Assembly: GCA_046262215.1 (NCBI GenBank)
Contig: JBHENE010000091.1
Span: forward strand, 1 to 52,328
Origin: Chthoniobacterales bacterium
GTDB taxonomy: Bacteria; Verrucomicrobiota; Verrucomicrobiia; Chthoniobacterales; UBA10450
Direction of reading: 5' to 3'
Length of the DNA stretch: 52,328 nucleotides
The notes beneath the pieces are model-generated. The model was not told where the DNA came from. It saw only the letters and a program-made list of their open reading frames with translations, and did no database searches. Position numbers and translations under genes: made by a program. How positions within the stretch are numbered: position 1 is the stretch's first letter; each line of letters begins with the position of its first letter. Positions 9,629 to 15,683 of the stretch are shown here, one piece after another.

Positions 9629-10005
9629 CCGATCGCCTGCCGGTAACCGGCCGCGTCTTTCAACTGCTTCACGTCATCGGGTGAACTCATCTTCAGGACG
9701 AAGATCCAACCGTCACCAAATGGGTCGGTGTTCACCAGCGCGGGATTGCTGGAGAGAGCTTCGTTCACCTCCACGACCTCGCCCTTAATCGGCGCGTAGA
9801 TGTCACTTGCGGCCTTCACGGATTCGACGACTGCAATCTGCCCGCGTGCCTCGGTTTGGGCACCCACCTTTGGCAGCTCCACGTAAACGACATCGGTGAG
9901 CTCGGCTTGCGCATGGTCCGTGATGCCGACGCGCGCGTTTTGGCCTTCCACGCGGACCCACTCATGCGACTCGGTGTAGAAAAGATCGTCAGGAACGTTG
10001 CTCAT
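9625..10005 (-). CDS. gcvH: glycine cleavage system H protein
   Basis: 126 aa with the lipoyl-lysine motif VESVKAASD and an N-terminal YTESHEWV. Confidence 0.95.
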   Translation of the reverse strand: MSNVPDDLFYTESHEWVRVEGQNARVGITDHAQAELTDVVYVELPKVGAQTEARGQIAVVESVKAASDIYAPIKGEVVEVNEALSSNPALVNTDPFGDGWIFVLKMSSPDDVKQLKDAAGYRQAIG

Positions 10006-11162
10006 GCCTTTTTGTAGAGTGGTTTCTTTTCGATGACAGCAGGAAATTTCTGGCCACGGATTTCGATCTGCAGCTCAGTCCCGATCTTGGCGTGTTCGGT
10101 TGGCAGATACGCCATCCCGATGCCGTAGCCAAGGCTCGGCGAAAGTGTGCCGCTGTTCACTTCGCCGATGCGTTCGTCGCCTCTGAAAACTGGATAGTGC
10201 GGGCGAGGAGGCGGTCCTTTGCCCTGCATGCGGAACGGCACGAGGCGGCGCTTCAAGCCTTGCTCCTTCGCGTTCGCGAGGATCTCGCGGCCGGTGAAAT
10301 TCGGCTTCGCGAGATCAACGAAAAACCCGAGACCCGCTTCCAGCGGCGTGTGCTCCGGAGTCAGGTCGTTGCCATTCAGCGGGTAACACATCTCGAGGCG
10401 CAATGTGTCACGCGCGCCAAGTCCGCACGGCCGAATGCCTAGATCTTTTCCTTTCTCCAGCACCGTCGTCCAGAACGTCGGCGCGTATTTCGCCTCGAAG
10501 AAAACCTCTACGCCATCTTCGCCGGTGTAGCCGGTTCGCGCGATCGCCAACGGCATGATGCCGAGCGCGACTTCAACGATCGTATTCCGCGCTGGCAGCT
10601 GGAATGTGTCGCCGAGAATCGCCTGAAACAGCTCTGCAATTCGCGGTCCCTGAATCGCGAGACCCGCGTATTGATCGCTCCGATTCTCGAGCGTCACTTC
10701 AGGAAGAATGTGCGCCTGTAGCCATGCGAAGTCTTCCTCTGTGCGGGAGGCGTTCACGATCAGCAGAAACTGCTCCTGTTTCGTGCGATACACGATCAAG
10801 TCGTCGATGATCCCGCCATTCTGGTTCAGCAGGAAGGTGTACTGCCCACTGCCGACTTCGAGCTTCTCGATGTTGTTCGTGAGCATGCGATTCAGCCATT
10901 CGCCGGCGCGTGCGCCGGACGCGATCAGCTGACCCATGTGCGAAATATCGAACACGCCGACGTTGTTCCGCACCGCCTGATGCTCGTCGCTGATGCTGGT
11001 GTATTGCACCGGCATCAGCCAGCCGCCGAACGGGATGATCTTCGCGCCCGCCCGCCGATGCTCTTCGTAAAGCGGCGTGGTTTTCGACTCGGCTTCGCTC
11101 ACGCCGCTGAAACTAGGTGGCGCGTCCAGCGCGTCAATCAACCCAGCGCCGTGAGTCCACAT
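10002..11162 (-). CDS. gcvT: aminomethyltransferase (glycine cleavage T protein)
   Basis: TPLYEEHRRAGAKIIPFGGWLMPVQY and the full GcvT length are present. Its TGA overlaps the gcvH ATG (ATGA). The start is uncertain: ATG 11162 or GTG 11102. The 434-aa ORF start at 11306 would overlap the divergent gene. Confidence 0.9.
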   Translation of the reverse strand: MWTHGAGLIDALDAPPSFSGVSEAESKTTPLYEEHRRAGAKIIPFGGWLMPVQYTSISDEHQAVRNNVGVFDISHMGQLIASGARAGEWLNRMLTNNIEKLEVGSGQYTFLLNQNGGIIDDLIVYRTKQEQFLLIVNASRTEEDFAWLQAHILPEVTLENRSDQYAGLAIQGPRIAELFQAILGDTFQLPARNTIVEVALGIMPLAIARTGYTGEDGVEVFFEAKYAPTFWTTVLEKGKDLGIRPCGLGARDTLRLEMCYPLNGNDLTPEHTPLEAGLGFFVDLAKPNFTGREILANAKEQGLKRRLVPFRMQGKGPPPRPHYPVFRGDERIGEVNSGTLSPSLGYGIGMAYLPTEHAKIGTELQIEIRGQKFPAVIEKKPLYKKA

Positions 11163-11189
11163 CGCGGTGCGGTTACGATGATGTAGGCA

Positions 11190-11996
11190 ATGACCCTGCT
11201 GAACAACCTTGAGCGGCGGCTTGGATTCCTCGCGATTCCAGGGCTCGTGCGGATCGTGGTTATGTTCACCGCGCTGGTCTGCGTGCTCGCTTACACCGAC
11301 CCGCAATTTCTTTCCGTGCTCGATCTGAACCCGGAGCTCATCAAGCGCGGCCAGCTCTGGCGTCTCATTACCTACATCTTCATCCCTAAATCGCCGGTGA
11401 CACCCGGCTCGATGCTCTCGCCACTCTGGGCGGTCGTTGCGCTTTGGTTCCTCTGGTTCATCGGCGACGGATTGGAACGCGCCTGGGGAGCGTTCCGCCT
11501 CACGCTCTACTTCATCGTCGGCATGATCGGGACGACGCTCGCGGCATTCGTCTTCGGTGCGCGCTTCTCAAATGGAATGCTGGCCGCATCGCTCTTCTTC
11601 GCCTTTGCGTTCTTTTATCCGGATGAAGTCATCTACGTGATGTTCATCCTGCCGGTGAAGATCAAGTGGCTGGCGTGGCTCTCGGCCGCGTTCATCATCC
11701 TCGGTTTCGTTACTGGGAGCTGGGCGGATCGCATCGGGCTCATCCTTGCGTTCGCGAACTTCTTCATCTTTTTCGGACCGCAGATCGTGCACCAGGCGAA
11801 GCACCGAAAAGATGTCGCAAGCCGACGGCAGCGATTCGAGGTGCAGACGCGCAGCGTCGAAGAACCACTGCACCGCTGTGCCACCTGCGGAGCGACAGAG
11901 TTGAGTGATCCGAATCTCGAGTTCCGCGTCTCGCGCGATGGCGAGGAATATTGCCTGGCGCATTTGCCAAGTGCCGCCACGACCGAGGTTCGCTAG
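11190..11996 (+). CDS. rhomboid-like polytopic membrane protein with C-terminal Cys-rich (zinc-ribbon-like) tail
   Basis: GQLWRLITYIF resembles the rhomboid TM2 WR motif, and there are about 6 hydrophobic helices. I see no GxSG or catalytic His. The tail is HRCATCG...EYCLAH. The TAG stop is the first 3 nt of the IS target duplication. Confidence 0.7.
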   Translation: MTLLNNLERRLGFLAIPGLVRIVVMFTALVCVLAYTDPQFLSVLDLNPELIKRGQLWRLITYIFIPKSPVTPGSMLSPLWAVVALWFLWFIGDGLERAWGAFRLTLYFIVGMIGTTLAAFVFGARFSNGMLAASLFFAFAFFYPDEVIYVMFILPVKIKWLAWLSAAFIILGFVTGSWADRIGLILAFANFFIFFGPQIVHQAKHRKDVASRRQRFEVQTRSVEEPLHRCATCGATELSDPNLEFRVSRDGEEYCLAHLPSAATTEVR

Positions 11997-12018
11997 CCGC
12001 GGGTAGTGGTACAGTTTG
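11994..12018. repeat. left IS end: target-site duplication TAGCCGCG (11994-12001) + IRL GGTAGTGGTACAGTTTG (12002-12018)
   Basis: Read directly from the sequence. IRL is the exact reverse complement of 14665-14681. Confidence 0.9.
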
Positions 12019-12042
12019 AAATCTGAAAGGTTTGCGTTCGCC

Positions 12043-12058
12043 TGACCGCTCAAGCATA
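12043..12058 (+). promoter_or_regulatory. 16-bp motif TGACCGCTCAAGCATA, copy 1 (8 nt upstream of ORF79 ATG)
   Basis: Exact repeat of 13327-13342. Its 3' end forms a -10-like CATACT, and TTGCGT lies 17 nt upstream. This would give a nearly leaderless mRNA. Confidence 0.45.
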
Positions 12059-12066
12059 CTCGCAAC

Positions 12067-12306
12067 ATGGCAAAGCGAGCACGCGCGGGCGACCTGAATC
12101 AGATTGCAGCATCCATTGTCGAGCGGACAACGGGCCCGTCCAAGAAAACTGAGACACTACAGCCGAAGAATCCAGCGGCGGTGGCGCTCGGTCGGCTTGG
12201 CGGATTAAAGGGTGGAAGGGCTCGCGCCGAATCGTTGTCAAAAAAACAGCGTTCAGAGATCGCGAAGAAAGCAGCGAAGGAACGCTGGACAAAGAAGTTG
12301 GCCTGA
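12067..12306 (+). CDS. small basic protein (79 aa), IS passenger
   Basis: ATG ORF, Lys/Arg-rich. The motif ALGRLGGLKGGRARAESLSKKQRSEIAKKAAKERW is one I recall from unannotated small ORFs on mobile DNA. A short hairpin follows (12312-12330). Confidence 0.55.
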   Translation: MAKRARAGDLNQIAASIVERTTGPSKKTETLQPKNPAAVALGRLGGLKGGRARAESLSKKQRSEIAKKAAKERWTKKLA

Positions 12307-12382
12307 GTGCACCTCGTCGTCTCAACGAGGATGTCACATCTACATATTGCGATGCGTCGATATTAACACTGCGGAAAACCGC

Positions 12383-12400
12383 GATATCGTGGATATCGTG
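12383..12400. repeat. tandem 9-mer GATATCGTG x2 upstream of ORF138
   Basis: Exact tandem duplication read from the sequence. A third CGATAT is at 12358-12363. Confidence 0.6.
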
Positions 12401-12424
12401 TAACAAATCGGATGTAAATTAACG

Positions 12425-12452
12425 TTGACGCTACTTCTGCAGGTGCTAAGTT
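12425..12452 (+). promoter_or_regulatory. putative sigma70-type promoter of ORF138 (TTGACG-16 nt-TAAGTT)
   Basis: The hexamers and spacing fit the consensus. Located 21 nt upstream of ATG 12473. Confidence 0.4.
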
Positions 12453-12457
12453 CCTGC

Positions 12458-12469
12458 TTAACGCGTTAA
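12458..12469. promoter_or_regulatory. perfect 12-bp palindrome TTAACGCGTTAA between the -10 and the ORF138 start
   Basis: Perfect dyad. A related TTAACGTT lies at 12419-12426, overlapping the -35. The layout is operator-like. Confidence 0.4.
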
Positions 12470-12472
12470 CAC

Positions 12473-12889
12473 ATGGCCGACGAACAAGTAGATATCGCTG
12501 CGTTCCGTGCGATACGGGATCAATATGCAGCCGAAGTAGAGAAAGCTGATCGCGACCTCGAAAAGGCGAAGGACAAACTCGCGCACGCGAAAAACCGTCT
12601 TCAGGTCGCCAACGAGATGATCGCACAAGCGACCGGAGGCAAGGAAGGTACGCACAAGCCGCTAAGCGAGGAAGTGCTGCGGGTCATCAACGAGGCAAAT
12701 GGCGCGGGCCTCACCGCGAAAGATATTCGCGACAAATTTATGGCAGAAGGCTTCCACTTCGAACTTGCCGCAATTCACGTCAACGCGGACAGGCTGAAGA
12801 AAAAAGGGGCGATTGAACTGCTCCAGGGCCCAGATCCGCGAACGAAGCTGTTTCGATCGATAACCGTTAACCAAATGAATACGGCATAA
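12473..12889 (+). CDS. hypothetical protein (138 aa): N-terminal coiled coil + C-terminal winged-helix-like domain, IS passenger
   Basis: ATG ORF. Heptad-like N-terminus (EVEKADRDLEKAKDKLAHAKNRLQVANEM). The C-terminal part (LSEEVLRVINEANGAGLTAKDIRDKF...LKKKGAIELL) looks wHTH-like. A strong terminator hairpin follows immediately. Confidence 0.6.
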   Translation: MADEQVDIAAFRAIRDQYAAEVEKADRDLEKAKDKLAHAKNRLQVANEMIAQATGGKEGTHKPLSEEVLRVINEANGAGLTAKDIRDKFMAEGFHFELAAIHVNADRLKKKGAIELLQGPDPRTKLFRSITVNQMNTA

Positions 12890-12895
12890 AAATTC

Positions 12896-12940
12896 GGCCG
12901 CTTGTGACGCTGGAGAACGTCGCAAGCGGCCTTAACTTTT
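12896..12940 (+). terminator. rho-independent terminator after ORF138
   Basis: 14-bp stem GGCCGCTTGTGACG/CGTCGCAAGCGGCC (one G-U) with an 8-nt loop, followed by TTAACTTTT. Starts 7 nt after the TAA. Confidence 0.65.
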
Positions 12941-13250
12941 CCTCGCGGACCCGCAACTGGTTCGTGAGGGGATGCGCAGGCTTAGGGTGCCCCGCCCCGA
13001 ATCAAATCTTGGGTAGGGTATCTGCAACCGGCTTGGCGTCAAGATCAAAGTTGCAGCTTCAAATGGAGGATAAAACCAAAATTGAAGACATATACCTGCC
13101 GTCATTGCGGTGGGCCGATCATCTTTCGGACGCGCCGCAGCGCGCCTGAATCGGTGCTTCTGCCCAAGCCGTTCGTGCGAGGTCGCGTCATTCCCATCCA
13201 TACGGATGGCGGGTGTCAGTTGAACTTCGGACTGAACTAGCAGCGTTACG

Positions 13251-13287
13251 AGGCTGGGCGGCGTCGCCCGCAAGTCCCGCCCAGCCT
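13251..13287 (+). other. GC-rich hairpin (11-bp stem, 15-nt loop) about 70 nt upstream of the transposase gene
   Basis: AGGCTGGGCGG (13251-13261) pairs perfectly with CCGCCCAGCCT (13277-13287). A weak T-run follows. It could act as a read-through insulator or be part of an RNA. Confidence 0.35.
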
Positions 13288-13318
13288 CCCGTCTTCACTG
13301 GTTTTCTTCACGTTAAGA

Positions 13319-13344
13319 AATATGCTTGACCGCTCAAGCATATT
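13319..13344. promoter_or_regulatory. perfect palindrome AATATGCTTGA-CCGC-TCAAGCATATT containing copy 2 of the 16-bp motif
   Basis: 11-bp arms with a 4-nt spacer. Ends 15 nt before the transposase ATG and overlaps the -10-like TATTAT/CATATT. Confidence 0.5.
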
Positions 13345-13359
13345 ATCTACTTTACACAC

Positions 13360-14190
13360 ATGAACAAGTTGAGCACCGAAGAACGGAAGCAGGTTGTCGC
13401 CGCACTGGTGGAAGGTAATTCCCTGCGCGCGGTCACCCGCATGACAGGCGTGCATCGCACTACCGTCATGAAGCTACTTGTCGACCTCGGTTCAGCTTGT
13501 TCCGAGTATCAGGACAAAGCATTTCGTAATCTGAAATCAAAAAGAATCCAGTGCGACGAAATCTGGAGCTTTGTTGGCGCGAAGGAAAAGAACTGCAGCG
13601 CGGAGATGAAGGCGAATGGCTCCGGCGATGTGTGGACTTGGGTAGCGTTGGATGCGGATTCGAAGCTCGTTCCCTGCTGGTTCATCGGGGAGCGCCACGC
13701 AGGCTGCGCCTTCCACTTTCTTTCCGATCTGAAAGACCGCCTCACAAACCGCGTGCAACTGACTACCGACGGTCACAGGGCGTATCTCGACGCGACGGAG
13801 CGGGTCTTCGGAACCGAGATTGATTACGCTCAACTGCAAAAGATTTACGGCGCTGCGCCAGAAGGCGCGCAGGTTCGCTACAGCCCAGCAATATGCATGG
13901 GCGCACGCAAAGCGGTCATCAACGGGAGCCCTGATCACAAGCACATCTCGACCAGCTACGTCGAGCGCCAGAACCTCACAATGCGCATGTCGATGCGCCG
14001 CTTCACTCGCCTAACGAATGGCTTTTCGAAAAAAGTCGAGAACCTCGAAGCGGCCGTCGCACTGCACTACATGCACTACAATTTCTGCCGGATTCACCAA
14101 TCGCTGCGTATCACGCCAGCGATGGAGGCGGGGGTCTCCGACCACGTTTGGTCGCTTGATGAGGTTATCGAGCTTCTCGGATCACGATGA
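13360..14190 (+). CDS. IS1-family DDE transposase (single ORF, HTH + catalytic domain)
   Basis: N-terminal HTH (SLRAVTRMTGVHRTTVMKLL). DDE candidates WVALDADS, LTTDGHRAY and SYVERQNLTMR. The InsB-like motif ERQNLTMRMSMRRFTRLTNGFSKK is present. No frameshift is needed. Confidence 0.9.
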   Translation: MNKLSTEERKQVVAALVEGNSLRAVTRMTGVHRTTVMKLLVDLGSACSEYQDKAFRNLKSKRIQCDEIWSFVGAKEKNCSAEMKANGSGDVWTWVALDADSKLVPCWFIGERHAGCAFHFLSDLKDRLTNRVQLTTDGHRAYLDATERVFGTEIDYAQLQKIYGAAPEGAQVRYSPAICMGARKAVINGSPDHKHISTSYVERQNLTMRMSMRRFTRLTNGFSKKVENLEAAVALHYMHYNFCRIHQSLRITPAMEAGVSDHVWSLDEVIELLGSR

Positions 14191-14427
14191 ACGCCAAAGG
14201 AAATTCCTCACTGAGCAGAGAGCCTGAATCAACGGCTTTGCTTTTGCCGAAGCTTGGACTGCGCACGCGAACTCTCCGTCGAGCCGCAGCCCAAGCTTCT
14301 TGCAGCGACTGTCCGCGTCCGCCCAATCGTACGCGTACAAATCCACTACCCACCAGTGGCCGTCATGGTGGTAGCTGGCAACGAAACGACGGCACTCCTC
14401 ACCAGGAGTCAGTCCAGAAAAAAACAT
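14182..14427 (-). CDS. hypothetical small protein (81 aa), possible IS passenger
   Basis: ATG 14427 (or GTG 14442). The segment HHDGHWWVVDLYAYDWADADSRCKKLGLRLDGE resembles a small phage/plasmid protein pattern I recall. It overlaps the transposase stop by 9 nt and abuts the yegP-like ATG. It could instead be an antisense shadow ORF. Confidence 0.35.
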   Translation of the reverse strand: MFFSGLTPGEECRRFVASYHHDGHWWVVDLYAYDWADADSRCKKLGLRLDGEFACAVQASAKAKPLIQALCSVRNFLWRSS

Positions 14428-14616
14428 ATGATCACAAACCACACAGGGTACTACGTCCTATATCGGGACAACCAGCAACAATGGCGGTGGACATTTCGCG
14501 CCGCCAATCACCGCGTCATCGCTGTTTCCAGCGAGGCGTATGTCAACAAGTCGGATTGCGTGTCCGCGATGAACCTCATCGCAAACTCGACGGGTTGCGC
14601 AATTCACGAGCAGTAA
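14428..14616 (+). CDS. YegP/DUF1508-like single-domain protein (62 aa), IS passenger
   Basis: GYYVLYRDNQQQWRWTFRAANHRVIAVSSEAYVNKSDCVSAMNLI fits the YegP repeat pattern (aromatic-x-L-x-x-D..WRW.L.A.N...IA.S.E.Y..K.DC). The longer ORF from 14254 has no protein-like N-terminus. Confidence 0.65.
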   Translation: MITNHTGYYVLYRDNQQQWRWTFRAANHRVIAVSSEAYVNKSDCVSAMNLIANSTGCAIHEQ

Positions 14617-14634
14617 GCATCGCAGAAAGCGGTG

Positions 14635-14665
14635 GGGCGTGTCTCCATAAAAAAGAGGCACGCCC
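14635..14665 (+). terminator. hairpin abutting IRR (11-bp stem with one G-U, 9-nt A-rich loop)
   Basis: GGGCGTGTCTC/GAGGCACGCCC. There is no downstream T-tract on the + strand. It may end yegP-like transcription or block inward read-through. Confidence 0.35.
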
Positions 14666-14689
14666 AAACTGTACCACTACCTAGCCGCG
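14665..14689. repeat. right IS end: IRR CAAACTGTACCACTACC (14665-14681) + target-site duplication TAGCCGCG (14682-14689)
   Basis: Read directly from the sequence. 17/17 complementarity to IRL, and the same octamer as at 11994-12001. Confidence 0.9.
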
Positions 14690-14732
14690 CTGCAGCTTGA
14701 CCCTCTCTCCCGCGCCGGTGACACTTGGCGCC

Positions 14733-15560
14733 ATGACGGCAGAGAACAACGGCGGCGCGCTCATCCCCGAGCAGGGCTGGCATTGCCTCCACCTGTTTTA
14801 CCGGATCGAGTACGGGCAGTGGCAACTGCTCACGGCTGACGAGCAACGCGAAGCGAAGACGCGGCTGTCATCGCTTGTGCAGGAGGTTCGCGCGCTTCCT
14901 TCGACGCAGCTACTCACGCTCAGCGTCGTCACTCCAAAAGCCGACTTGGCGTTCATGCTGATCACCCCCGATCTGCACGTCGCGAATCGCATCGAGAAAC
15001 AGCTCAGCCAGGTGCTCGGCCCAGACGTTCTCATGCCGGTCTACAGCTATCTGTCTTTAACCGAAGAGAGCGAATACCGCACGACCGTGGAAGACTACGC
15101 TGTCACGCTCCGGGAAGAACAAAAACTCGCGCCTGGCTCGGCGGAATTCGAGCAGGCGATGGCCACGTTCGAAGAGCGGATGAAGCATTACCGGCACGAG
15201 CGCACCTACCCGACGCTCCCGGACTGGCCGGTCGTTAGCTTCTATAATATGAGCAAGCGCCGCGGCGAACGGCGCAACTGGTATGCACTGCCGTTCGAAG
15301 ACCGACGCAAATTGATGCTGGGCCACGGCGCTGTCGGGCGGCAATACGCGGGCAAGGTAAAGCAACTGATCACTGGCTCGACTGGACTCGATGACGCGGA
15401 GTGGGGCGTTACGTTGTTCGCGCGCGATACCTTTCAGATCAAAGCGATCGTCTACCAGATGCGCTTCGACCCGGTCAGCGCGGACTACAGCGACTTCGGT
15501 GAATTTTACATCGCGCTGCAACTGCCGCTCGACGAGCTGTTCCGTCGATTGCAGCTTTGA
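14733..15560 (+). CDS. chlorite dismutase family protein (Cld-like / coproheme decarboxylase-type)
   Basis: GWHCLHLFYRI, FYNMSKRRGERRNWYALPFEDRRKLMLGHG and TLFARDTFQIKAIVYQMRFD are typical of the Cld/HemQ fold. ATG 14733 is preferred over TTG 14697. Confidence 0.85.
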   Translation: MTAENNGGALIPEQGWHCLHLFYRIEYGQWQLLTADEQREAKTRLSSLVQEVRALPSTQLLTLSVVTPKADLAFMLITPDLHVANRIEKQLSQVLGPDVLMPVYSYLSLTEESEYRTTVEDYAVTLREEQKLAPGSAEFEQAMATFEERMKHYRHERTYPTLPDWPVVSFYNMSKRRGERRNWYALPFEDRRKLMLGHGAVGRQYAGKVKQLITGSTGLDDAEWGVTLFARDTFQIKAIVYQMRFDPVSADYSDFGEFYIALQLPLDELFRRLQL

Positions 15561-15592
15561 CGCCGTGCTCGGAAACGAGCGCAAGGATTAAT

Positions 15593-15677
15593 GGATGGGT
15601 GGCAGAGTGGTCTAATGCGCACGCCTGGAAAGCGTGTTTGCCGCAAGGCAACCAGGGTTCGAATCCCTGCCCATCCG
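15593..15677 (+). tRNA. tRNA-Ser (anticodon GGA), class II with long variable arm; CCA not encoded
   Basis: Cloverleaf folded by hand. Acceptor GGATGGG/CCCATCC, D stem GCA/TGC, anticodon stem CACGC/GCGTG with loop CTGGAAA, variable arm TTGCC-GCAA-GGCAA, T arm CAGGG-TTCGAAT-CCCTG, discriminator G. Confidence 0.95.
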
Positions 15678-15683
15678 CGCCTG

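Larger units (their letters stand above)
12002..14681 (+). mobile_element. IS1-family insertion element with passenger genes (ISMhu11-like organisation), 2,680 bp
   Basis: Perfect 17-bp terminal inverted repeats, an 8-bp direct duplication TAGCCGCG outside both ends, GGnnnTG termini, an internal IS1-type DDE transposase, and visibly lower GC than the flanks. Confidence 0.88.

Noticed and set aside
11163-11306. N-terminal 48-68 codon extension of gcvT, and a possible glycine riboswitch upstream of gcvT
   Set aside because: The extension (MRVGVSEHADQRGEHNHD...) has no GcvT similarity and overlaps the divergent membrane-protein gene. I could not find the conserved glycine-riboswitch core (GGAGAG...CACCG...) on the minus strand here.
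12904-13273. ORFs 12904..13149 (+) and 12932..13273 (-) inside the IS spacer
   Set aside because: The plus ORF starts with GTG inside the terminator stem. The minus ORF has poor composition and no SD or start context. Neither resembles a protein family, so the region is treated as non-coding.
15593-15677. tRNA-Ser as an integration site for a genomic island or the nearby IS
   Set aside because: The IS has its own 8-bp TSD about 900 bp away, unrelated to the tRNA. I found no direct repeat of the tRNA 3' half in the window, and the flanking genes are housekeeping.
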